Shown piece by piece: positions 40,045-51,649 of a DNA stretch of 64,000 nucleotides; the first letter of the stretch is position 1, and each line of letters starts with the position of its first letter. The notes under the pieces are model-generated. The model had not been told where the DNA came from and did no database searches. It saw only the letters and a program-made list of their open reading frames with translations. The translations under genes were made by a program, and so were the position numbers. Source of the DNA: Gordius albopunctatus (lineage: Eukaryota); NCBI GenBank assembly GCA_964276515.1, contig OZ193910.1:4712001-4776000 (forward strand), in the 5' to 3' direction.

Positions 40045-43000
40045 AAAAAACTCGGACCTTCGGCCCTCGTGGGAAAGGGGAAGGGAAAGGGGGAAGGGAA
40101 AGGGGGAAGGGAAAGGGGGAAGGGAAAGGGGGAAGGGAAGGGGGGAAGAGAAGGGGTAACGACTCATCTATACTGCGTATAAACGTAGCATATTTGCTAT
40201 GCAATTTATGGGCGAGAAATGTGGGAAGGGGCGAGAATGCCTATAGGGGGTATTAAATGCAAAATGATTAGTTAATTATTTATACAAATTTTCCATTTAA
40301 TTAAAAAAATGCCCTCTCCGGGATTCGAACCCACATCAGTAGAGGCATAAACCTTTGTAGGGGCACAGGGACCCATATCAGTAGAAGCATACGCCCTTGT
40401 AGGGGAGGGCTTAGGGTAATTATTAATGTTAACCTATTCAAAAAAGAAAAAAAATTTCGATTCATAATGCGGCCAATGGTCTTTTTTTCATTGGTCAGTA
40501 GCCAGCTGACGGCCAAAAAGTCATATTATCAATGTTATTAACAAGAACAAAATATAAATTTAATTTAAAAAAACATTTTTGTCCTCTCTGGGATTCGAAC
40601 TCGTTGCCTCCTGTTTTCAAGCCGTTCGCTATAACCACTCACACCCTGCTGGTATTTAAATAAGGAAAATAATTTTTTGAATGGTAGAAGATTTTGTTAT
40701 TTATATAGAAAAGCAAATAACAAAGTTGTGTTCTATGTTTATTATATAATGAGATGAAACAATAATAGAAAATCAATATATTATAGATAATTTAACAAAT
40801 ATATATTATTATGAAAAAAATGGGGGGCCGCAAAAGAATTATAAAATATTTGGGGGACTCTCGATCCCGAACATTAATTATTTAGATCAAAGAACATAAT
40901 TTTGTTTCTCACAGTTAATTCTTTATTTTTCTACTTTCCCTGTTAGTTAAGCGAAAATAAATTTCCGGCTGATCTTAAAGCATATATAAATTAATAATAC
41001 TAACACATCTCTCTCTCCCTTTCTCAACCTCCTCCACTCCCGCCCCCTAATACAATAATGACGTATTGATTTTACAGGGGGGGGGGGGAGATGTTAATTT
41101 ATTGAATTTGGAACTCTTATAGATATTAAATCAATTTTTTTTAAATAAAATTTCAACATTTTTTTTGTAAGGTTCCTATATTTCATCCATTGGTATAGCT
41201 AAGGGGAGCAGAAAGGGGCGGCTGCTTTCCTCTAAATCCAAAAATTTTCTAAAATGTATTAAAATAATGGCTGAATTTGCTAAAGTATTGAGTTAAATAT
41301 TATTATTATAATTATATAAAAGTGAGATAATCTTTAAATATCATTGATTAGGCCTTTAATAAGGAAATTAATGTTTGAGCGGGGAAGAAAATTGAATATT
41401 TTGTAGATAAACAATTACTACAAGTTTTATTTAAAATCCCGGATAATATAATGCAAAATATAAAAACGAGGTTATTAAAAAAATTATTTGACTTTTTTAA
41501 ATATTTTAATATATTATATAATAAAATGAAACAATAATAGAAAATCAATATTTATATTGTGAAATTTTATGTGATAATTTAAAGGGCAAGAATTTAAGAA
41601 ATTATGTTGTGTTGTTACTTGAGTAGGCATCCAAATTTTACCCGTAGGTTCCCAGGGCGGCCAGGGGTAAAATTTACCTCCTTACCTTGGAATATCTAGG
41701 AGAGGTAGGGGGGGGGCAGTTGCCCATTAATTGTAAAAAATCAGTATTTTATAATGATTTTGGGAGGAGCATTTTAAAATTTTAGCCTTCACTTAAAAAT
41801 AATATGGCCAATGGTCTTTTTTTTTTATCAGTCAGTACCAAGAGACGGTCTATAAATACACACGAGTAAAAAAAACAAAAAAAATTTCGACTCACAATTT
41901 GGCCAATGGTCATTTTTTTCCTTGGTCAGTACCAAGAGACGGTCTATAAATACATACGAGTCAAAAAACGAGAAAAAAAATTTCGATTTACACTTTGGCC
42001 AATGGTCATTTTTTTCCATTGGTCAGCAGCCAGCGGATGGCCAAAAAGCCATATTTTCAATGGTGTTAACAAAAACAATATATTAATTTTAAAAAAAACG
42101 AAAAAAAAATTCGAACACAATTTGGCCAATGGTCTTTTTTTTATTGGTCAGTAGTCAGCGGACGGCCAAAAAGTTATATTATCAATGTTATTAACAAGAA
42201 CAATATATTAATTTAATTATAAAAAAAAATAAAAATTTGGCCCTCTCCGGGATTCGAACCAACATTCGTAGAGGCATAGGCTTTTGTAGGGGCACAGGGA
42301 CCCATATCAGTAGAGGCATAGGCCCTTGTAGAGGAGGGCATAAGCTAATTATCAATGTTAACCAATTCAAAAACAAAAAAAAAATCGATTCACATTTTGG
42401 CCAATGGTCATTTTTTCATTGGTCAGTAGCCAGAACACGGTCAGAAAGTCATATTATCAATGGTATTAATAAGAACAATATATTAATTTAATTAAAAAAA
42501 ATAAAAATTTTGCCTCTCCAGGATTCGAACCAGCAATTCAGAACGTTCGCCGGGATTCGAACCCACATTAATAGAGGCATAGGCTTTTGTAGGGTCACAG
42601 GGACCCATATCAGTAGAGACATAGGCTCTTGTAATGGAGGGCATAGGGTAATTATCAATGTTATTACCCAATTCAAAAACAAACAAAAATTTCGATTTAT
42701 TTGGTCAATGGTCATTTTTTCATTGGTCAGCAGCCAGCGGACGGTCAAAAAGTCATATTATCGATGGTATTAACAAGAACAAAATATAAATTTAATTTAA
42801 AAAATTTAAAAAATTTTTTGTCCTCTCCCGGGATTGAACACGAACCTCCAGGTTGGGAAGCTGGTGTAAATAAATTGGAGGGTAACGGACGGACGGACGG
42901 ACACCAAAAAACGAGCCAATAAATTGCATAGTAATTAAAATATAAAAAAATTTGGCCTCTCCGGGATTCGAACCCACATCAGAAGAGACATAGGCTTTTA

Positions 43001-43521
43001 TAGGGGGGGGGCACAGGGACCCATATTAGTAGAGGCATAGGCTCTGCTAGGGGAGGGCATAGGATAATTTTCAATGTTAGCCAAAAAAAAACGAAAAAAA
43101 TAATTTCGATTCACATTTTAGCCAATGGTCATTTTTTCCGTTGGTCAGCAGCCAGCGGACGGCTAAAAAGTCATAATAGCAATGTTAGTAACAGGAACAA
43201 TCATAATAGTCAAAAAAAACTAAAAAAAACTTGGATTCCCATTTCGGCTAATGGTCATTTTTTTCATCGGTCAGCATCCAACGGACGGCCAAAAAGTCTT
43301 ATTATCAATGGTAGTAACAAGAACAATCATAAGAGTAAAAAAAAACCGGGATTCGAACGCAAAAAACTAGTTAAAATATTCAAATTCCAAGCGGTTTCAG
43401 TAGTAAACAAGACGAAAAACGTGACAATACATTCGGTGCGTGGACACGAAGAGCGTGACAAGAAATTCGGTAGCAAGACATAAACAAATGGAAAGTGAGT
43501 CCATAAATTGCATAGCAATTA
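40045..43521 (-). mobile_element. Helentron-type non-autonomous element (HINE/DINE-like) with tRNA-like tandem repeats
   Basis: On the minus strand: 5' subTIR TTGCTATGCAATTTATGG (43518-43501); a second 5' end at ~42935 followed by (GTCC)n; the inverted subTIR at 40194-40211; and the hairpin GGGCCGAAGGTCC plus a T-run at 40045-40068. Inserted at AA/TT without a TSD. Confidence 0.7.
40578..40650 (-). pseudogene. tRNA-derived (SINE-head-like) sequence within the Helentron-type element
   Basis: Minus strand GGTGTGAGTGG (A-box-like) ... GAGTTCGAATCCCAGAGAGGACA (B-box/T-arm), with no clean acceptor stem. Partial copies at ~40310, 42240, 42510, 42550, 42820, 42955, 43345 and 56860. Confidence 0.55.
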
Positions 43522-45317
43522 ATACCGGGAAATCTTGACAAAAGAGTATTTCCCGAAAGAAGAAAGGTCTATGAACCTCGAATTCGATACGAAAGGCTAA
43601 AGGATACGTCGACGAACAAAGAATACCATCAAAAAGCCTGCTCACTCTTGGGTGTAAGGAAGTTGCAAAGGGGCGTAGACGACGATTGGGAGACGCTATC
43701 TAAGGACATTAAGGAAACAGCGATTCGTGTTCTAGGACAGACCAAAGGAGGTAAAGCTATGAATAGGGAACTATGGTGGTGGGATCAATCGGTTAAAGAT
43801 TTCATCAAGAGAAAGAAAGATCAATATAAACGGTGGCATTAATCAAAAAAATCGGAGGATTTTCAAGAGTACAGGTACGCAAAGAGAGCCACAAAAAAGG
43901 CCGTTGCAAAAGCGAAGAATGCCGCGTACACCGAGATGGCAAACAAACTGGATCATAAAGGGGCGATAGGCTTATGTACATATTGGCCAAGAAAAGGGAG
44001 AAGAAAAGTCGCAATGTCGGAGTTCTTAAAATAGTCAAAAGCGAGAAGGGTCAAACCTTATTCAGGCCGAAAGGAGTGATGGAAAGGTGGAAAGGATATT
44101 TTACGAAACTTATGAATATTCCAAAGGACAAGGATTCCCTTCCCGAAATTGAGCCAAATATAAATATGGTCATACTCTTTCAGGAGGATGAAGTTAGAAC
44201 ACAAATGAATAAGATACAAAAAGGAAAAGCAAATGGTCCAGATGGAATACCTATGGAAGCATTAATCGGATGTCGTGAAGAAGGAGTCACCACCATGACG
44301 AACCTCCTTAACAAGATATTGGTAGAAGAGCGAATCCCTAATCAATGGACAACAAGCACGATTATACCATTATGGGAGACGCTCAGGACTGCGGCCATTA
44401 CAGAGGTATCAAGCTAACTTGCCACTCCTTAAAGCTTATGAAAGGAATCTTAGTAACAAAGCTGAAAAACGAGGTGGAAATATCGGCTAATCAATTCGGA
44501 TTCGTGGCCGGCAAATAGACAATCGACCCAATCTTCGCCCTAAGACAAATGATGGATAAGTATGGTGAAAAGAGGAAAGACCTACATATGGTTTTTATCG
44601 ACTTGGGGAAAGCTTATGACACGGTCCCTCGCGATTTAATATGGTGGTGCCTGAGAAACAAAATATCCCTGACGCATATATACGGCTTATGAAAAATATT
44701 TATGAAGCTTCAAACTCTTGCGTTAGGACGACAGTTGGAGACTCTAAATCTTTTCGGGTTAATATTAGATTACATCAAGGCTCTGTTTTAAGTCCCTTTT
44801 TATTTAATATAATTGAAGACACGATAACGAGGGACATTCAAAAGCCATCGCCATGGTGTATGCTATATGTCGATGATATAGTACTATGCGAGGAAACAAG
44901 GGAGAAAGTATTCGAATAAGCCGAAAAGTGGTCAAAGCGCTTAGCTGACGGTATACATGGAAATGAACGGTACAGGCACCCCATCTCTGGATGACCATCT
45001 AAAGTACCCAAAAGTAGACAGGTTCACATACCTCGGCTCGATTAAAAAATTTCTTTTTGTATTAAAAATTAAATTTTTATAGAAAAAAACATTTTTGGGG
45101 GCTATTAGTAGACTTGACAAAATTTTGTATTTTACACATAACATTTTTTTGGCTGTATATTTTGGACTTATCTTAAGTTTTATCTTATAAAATTACAATT
45201 TTTATATAAAAACCGTTTAATGATAATATACATGTTAAATATTATTACCAATTGTTTATAAAAATAGGAGTAGGGCTAGTCGGGAAGGGGTTAGTGCTAG
45301 CCATTTATCATTGTGTT

Positions 45318-46773
45318 TTCTTCTTCTTCTTCTTTATCAGTTATTTGGTCCCACATTGGTGGGGTTTTTTTTGATAAGTTTCTTCCATCTTGACCGGGTG
45401 AGTGCCATGTCTTGACTAATCTCTTTAGTTTACATAACTTTATCGACTTGCCCTTTCCACGTGACATGGGGTCGTCCTCTTCCTCTCTTCCCCGGTACCT
45501 CTATGTCCAATACTTTTCGATTTACGTCATACGTATCGCTCCTTAGTATATGACCATACCACCTTAGCCGATTTTTTTAATCATGTCCGCCAGAGATTGA
45601 ATACCCATTTTTGCCATGAAAAAGTCATTCGTCATATGGCCGAGCTTAGTATACCCCCAGCTCCACCCTATCATTCTCATCTCTGTGACTTGTAATAGCT
45701 TTATTTCCGTGGTGTTTAATGCCCATGTTTCACTTCCATAGAGTAACACCGGTCTTACGATGGATTTGTAAGCTTTGCTCTTCAACCATATTGCATTTTG
45801 TTGTCAAACAAAACACCGGATATACTTCGCCATTTAAGCCATCCTTTTTGGATCCGGGCATTGACTTCTGTTGTGCAACCTCCCTCTTGATGTAGCATAG
45901 AGCCGAGGTAATTAAACCTGTCTACTTTTGCGTACTTTAGATGGTCATCTAGCGATGGGGTGCCTGTACCGTTCATTTCCATTATACCGTTTTTCTATCG
46001 TTGACCTTTAAACCATATCCAGCTAAGCGCTTTGACCATTTTTCGGCTTATTCGAATACTTTCTCTCTTGTTTCCTCGCATATTACTATATCATCGGCAT
46101 ATAGCATACACCATGGCGAAGGCTTTTGAACGTCCCTCGTTATCGTGTCTATAATTATATTAAATAAAAAGGGACTTAAAGCAGAGCCTTGATGTAATCC
46201 AATATTAACCCGAAAAGGTTTAGAGTCTCCAACTGTTGTCCTAACGCAAGAGTTTGAAGCTTCGTAAATATTTTTCATAAGCCGTATATATGCGTCAGAG
46301 ATATTTTGTTTCCTCAGGCACCACCATATTAAGTCGTGGGGGACCGTGTCATAAGCTTTCTCTAAGTCGATAAAAACCATATGTAGGTCTTTCCTCTTTT
46401 CACCATACTTATCCATCATTTGTCTCAGGGCGAAGATTATGTCGATTGTGGACTTGCCGGCCACGAATCCGAATTGATTATCCGATATTTCCACCTCGCT
46501 TTTAAGCCTTGTTATTAAAATCCTTTCCAAAAGCTTCAAGGAGTGGCAAGTTAGCTTGATACCTCTGGAATGGACGCAGTCCTGAGGGTCTCCTTTCCCT
46601 TTAAATAATGGTATAATCGTGTTTGCTCTCCATTGATTAGGGATTCACTCTTCTACCAATATCTTTTTAAGGAGGTTCGTCATGGTGGTGACTCCTTCTT
46701 CACGACATCCGAGCAATGCTTCCATAGGTATTTCACCTGGACCATTTGCTTTTCCTTTTTGCATCTTGTTCAT
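45318..46773 (-). mobile_element. RTE LINE, 5'-truncated (RT + 3' end), inverted relative to the upstream copy
   Basis: Motifs FIDLEKAYD, LHQGSALSPFLF, YADD, FNYLGS, RPVLLYGSETW and RGRP, with a (GAA)n tail at 45318-45333. Confidence 0.92.
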
Positions 46774-47647
46774 ATGACAATATTTAAAAAACAAAAAGTT
46801 TGTCAATTTGGAATAGAAATAGACTATGATTATACTTTAAAAAACGACTAAAGGTTTTTTCCATTGCAGACCATGTCTTTCAAGTGTACCTTAGTCAGAT
46901 TGTAATCTTGACCTATTTTTTATTGTACAATTATATTACATTTGCATTTTCTATGTTTTTATGATGAGACAATCTTTTTATTGATTTGATTTAGAATACA
47001 CTATTAAGAGGGGAAAACAGTGTTAATCTATCCCCTGAACAGGGCTATAACTAGCTAAGGGCACTTTTCTAGTATTTTCGATTTCTTTAAACTTATTTTA
47101 TGAAAAAATTATAAACATTAATAACCCGGTTCCACTTTGTGATCTTACAATTCATACAAACTTGCTATACCTTGTGAAATTTTTATATTGTCTTGATATA
47201 ATCGCTTCAGCTACATTACTTTGTTTTATTCATAAATATTTTTTTATTTTATGCCTTATAAAAAAACATATGAGGGATCTGATACATTGACATAATTAGA
47301 TAAAACTTCAAGCGAGTGTGATATTAAACGAAAAAAATTCACTAAGTAGTAGCGAAATTTTAAGTTTGACGAACGTTTATGAATAAATTTTTTCTATTGC
47401 GTTTGACCACCTTCAGACTTGCCCCCCCCCCAGGGAAAAAGACTAGCTACGCCATTGTTAATAAATATCGCAGAGTTAATAGGTGTTAATTGATAAATTT
47501 TTATTTTTTAAAATTAATGTCTCATAAATAATTTTATGAAACTCAACTCTAAAATCCGTATTTAGAGTAAAAATTAGGTCTATTTCATTATTTATTTATA
47601 ATTGCGCTTGTCTCATTTAGAAACAAGGTATATGATATAGATAGGAC

Positions 47648-48418
47648 TAATGCTGTAAATAAACGCGTTCATGAACGGCCTACTTTTATTTTTTGGTGAA
47701 CTTTGAACGTGAACACATTCCTTTTTTTGATGAACGCGTTCGAATTTAACGTTCGTTCAATTTTAAAAACCCTTTTTTATTTTTATTTATTTGGAAATTA
47801 ATGTTGATCCGAATTTTTAACAAAAAAGTCTTATATTTTTCCATCAGCTGTTTTTCTTGTTTCCTTAGTGTTATCGAAAAAAGGGACTGAAACCACTAGA
47901 ATTGATAATGAAAGAGCTGTCAATTCCGAGATATCATTTTTTTGACGAAGAAGTAGAGGGCGGATTGGAGGATGATATCTTGTCGCAATTTTTTGAAGCG
48001 AGGGACAAAACATTAAATGCTTTTAATAAATTTCCTCTTTTAAAAAATTTGTTTATTAGTATAATACTCCAATCCCCTCACTGCCCCCTGTGGAACGGAT
48101 TTTTAGTATAGCTAATGCTGTATTAACTCCCAAGCGTTCCTGCTTATCAGACGACCATTTTGAAAAACAATTATTAAAAATCAATAAGAAAATAGATTAT
48201 ATTGATTTATAATTTTATTGTCGAAATAAAACTATTATATTTTATCATGGCTATTTATTGTATTAAAAAATATAAGACATTTATTTATATTAAATTAAAT
48301 TTTTAAAAAAATTTATCATAAAATTTTGAACGAACGTGAACACGTGAACGCGTTCCTTTTTTTTAAACGAATGTGAACGTGAACGCGTTCGATTTTTTTA
48401 CAAATGTTTACAGCACTA
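47648..48418 (+). mobile_element. hAT internal-deletion derivative (family A, copy 2)
   Basis: TIR TAATGCTGTAA / TTACAGCACTA. TSD GATAGGAC/GGTAGGAC. Inverted homologue of 275-1261 with a different internal breakpoint. Confidence 0.9.
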
Positions 48419-49149
48419 GGTAGGACGCATATTATATATTTAAGTCATTAATTTTAATTAATGGTCAGTTGTTTTGAGCGACAAATTAATACTGAGAATC
48501 CGTAGATAAATTATAGCAACAGAAGGAGCTAGCTCCAAGCCAGCACCGCCGAAGGGGATTTGACCATCGATGCCCCCCCCCTCTGTCTCGGGGGGCAAGG
48601 GGTCCATCAGCCCGACGATGAGCAGGACGAGGACTAAATGAGTGTCGCCAGGGGGTTACAGAGAGGGGCGGCTGCCCCCCCCCCCTAAATCCAAAATTTA
48701 TATAATTATGCCTACGATTTTAACAAATTATAAGTTTGCCCCTCCTTAAATCATTATTGCCCCCTATCCAATCCTGGCTAAGCCCATGGCAGCAAGCTTC
48801 CAGTTATATTAAAAATAAATAATGTATACGACTAAGAAAATTAAAGGGTAAAATACTGTACTGTTATGAATTTGAAACTTTATTTTTCGATGGGGGAGAA
48901 CAATTAACGTTTCTAAGGCACATTGTTTACATAAGAATTTGTTAATTCATTGAATAAGATAAGGCTGGATAAAAATACATTGGTAAATCACAAAACAGGC
49001 GCAATCTTTAACTTAAATGCTTTCTTAGTAATTAAATCATAATATTTTTTTGAGTTAATTGATATTAAATAGGAACGCAGTGTAAGTTGTTTTAGGTATT
49101 TTGTGCGAATTTGATTTTATCTCTTTTGATTAAATTGTTTTGTGTAATA

Positions 49150-50903
49150 CAGTCTTGTTAAGGAGCGGCGCTACAGTAGCGGCGCTCCTGAGCGCCGCTA
49201 CATTTTTTAAAAAAAAAGCGGAGGAGCGCCGCTTCTCCGCTCCTTTAAATTTAATATATAAATTATATTATTTTTTAAATATTAACAATGTTTGTTAATT
49301 AAAATTTAATGAAAATATAATTTTATTTAAATTAAATTTATTCATTATTAAATGTTGAGCCGAATTTTATTTTGATTTTTCATCTAATCATTTGAAACAT
49401 TAAACATCTGTTTTTCCTGTTTTATATTAAAGAATTTTTAAAAAACTGTAAGTCATATTAATTTTTTATATAATAAAAATAGTTTTTTCATGGATCTAGA
49501 GATAGAGATTATAGAAGATGAAGAAGAAACCGAAGTGGAATTTCCATTTCCACCATTTAAAAAATATTTCAAGCTGATTGATACTACAGATGATAAAGTC
49601 AGATTAAAGGCGAAATGCCTATTGTGCATTAATAACAAAATTATTTCTTTCTCTAAAATTAGCAGCTTTAATTTAAAAAAACACTTTAAGGTAAAATCAA
49701 TATTTCTTTATTTAATAATACTTTTTTTAAAATGGTTTTAATTATATTTGGGCAATTCATTACATACATTAGTTGATCTTATAAATTTAATTTACATTTA
49801 GAAAGTACATGATAATCAATATTCAAAAATTGAAAATCATATCAATACCTATAAAAATAATAAATCTCCCTCTTCTGAGAAAAAACAGTCAATATTAAAT
49901 TTTGGTCAAAAAACATATGAACCTACGAAAACTGAAGGAGATAATGCAATCATTGATTATGTCATTGAGACACTAGTTCCTTTATCAACTGTAGATAATC
50001 CTAGCTTTGTCAAAATGATACAAACGTTTTCCCCTTCAGCAAAGGTAATGTGCCGCCAAATACTAATAGCAAAGATAGGTTTGCGTTATGATAAAATGAT
50101 GGATGATATTATAGAAATGCTTTCTGGAGTATCTTATGTGTGTACAACAGCTGATTGCTGGACTGGATTTAGAAGGTAGTGTCTAAATTTTTTTAAATGT
50201 GCTTGATTAATTTAACTTATAAAGGTCTTTTTTGGGTGTAACTGCTCATTGGATTGACACAAAATCATTGCAAAGAAAATCATCAGCTTTAGCCCTAAGA
50301 CGTGTTCAAGGCAAGTATACTTTTGATGTTTTGGCCAAGATGATAATTGATATACACAAAAGTTTTAAAATTCAGAATAAAGTAATAAAAACCATTACTG
50401 ATAATGGTAGGAACTTTGTGAAGGCATTCAGGTAATCTCAAATATATATTTTAAAATTATAACTTTCCTTTTATTTTTTAGAATGTTTGAAGATAAAAGT
50501 TATGAGATTGATGATGATTTGCAATTTGTGGATATTGATGATATCCTAAATAATAGGGCAGAAAGCTGTGATTATGTCCCTCAACATTCAAGATGTGCTT
50601 GTCACAGTCTTAATTTGGTGGCAACAGTTGATGCAGAGAAAGCTTTAGGGGATAGAAGCTTATAAAATATTATAAATATTTTGATATATCATATAATATA
50701 AATAAAACGTTTTGATAAAAAAAATTTTTGTTTCGTGTACCTACTAAAAAAAATAAAAATCAAAGAGCGGTGATGGAGCGCCGCTCCATTAGTTGGAGCG
50801 GGAGCGCTCCTTTTGAGAAGGTAGGAGCGGGAGCGGGAATCGCTACTTTTGAGAAGGTGGGAGCGGGAATCGCTACTTTTAAAAAGGAGCGTTAACAAGA
50901 CTG
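49150..50903 (+). mobile_element. hAT element (family B), 3'-internally deleted
   Basis: TIR CAGTCTTGTTAA / TTAACAAGACTG. Perfect TSD GTGTAATA. GAGCG subterminal repeats. Confidence 0.93.
49490..50665 (+). CDS. Spliced, C-terminally truncated hAT transposase (BED finger + partial catalytic core), 321 aa
   Basis: Exons 49490-49690, 49802-50175, 50225-50431 and 50482-50665 join in frame. Motifs CLLC..NLKKHFKKVH, TTADCWT..SFLGVTAHWID, TITDNGRNFVKAF and RCACHSLNL. Confidence 0.75.
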
Positions 50904-51649
50904 GTGTAATATAAACAAAAGATCACAATGGAAATGGTTAAATCCAACACGATTTCCATACACGGATCAATGCGATCCGTTTAGTTTTAGCGCGCTTTTA
51001 ATATTTTTTAGTCGTGTATGTAATTTTTTTTTATACCATTTAAATAAATTCATTTACAAGATTATTTGCCAAGCAATTGCTATTATGGCTAGTTAAATAA
51101 TAGGTCAAAGTCGTTCATTGTCCAGGCCTTTAATTTAAAGTTAATTAAATCCGAATTTGTTAATAAAAGGTATAAAATACTTTAGCTTGTGCTAAGCTAA
51201 GCATTGGTCACCAACCGTAAAAGTGTTTGTTTGACCAAATTAGGAATAATTATTTTAATTACCTGGCCTGAAAGCATCGCACGCTGAAGTTAGAGAAATA
51301 CAATAGTTAGACTAAAAAGAATGCATTAAATTATATGTAATGAAATGATTGATTAATCCATTAAGCTTTAAAAGTGATTTCGCTACATTACTTTGCTGAT
51401 TTTTTGAAGTCCGACAATGCATCTATTGTTAGTTTCAACAAACTATTTTTCAATCTCAAAAAGCAGTTGCTTTTTATACTATAAAATGAATAAATTAAAC
51501 CTTCTACGAAACAACGATTCAGAAAAACGATAATAGATTTAATGGAAATAATATTCCACTTACTTTAATAAATTTTGCTACATAAATTAGATGTTATTCT
51601 AAATTCTTAAATTAAAAAAAGACATAGGCGTTCGTTGCTAGACTAATTC

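Larger units (their letters stand above)
39375..45040 (+). mobile_element. RTE-clade LINE (APE + RT), degraded and split by an insertion at 40045-43521
   Basis: APE motifs TWNVGTL, IACLQETR, GADFNAHVG and SQID. The frame breaks at DCKV (40044) and resumes IPG (43522). Then WWWD, KGKANGPDGIP, FIDLGKAYD, LHQGSVLSPFLF and YVDD. 3'-truncated at ~45040. Confidence 0.9.

Noticed and set aside
39997..40256. Gly/Lys/Glu-rich ORFs
   Set aside because: They are translations of the purine microsatellite.
40578..40650. Functional tRNA gene
   Set aside because: No pairing acceptor stem and an irregular anticodon arm. It is embedded in a multi-copy repeat.
41800..43350. Regular repeats resembling a CRISPR array
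   Set aside because: The intervening sequences are themselves repeated, the context is eukaryotic and there are no cas genes. This is a tandem array inside a transposon.
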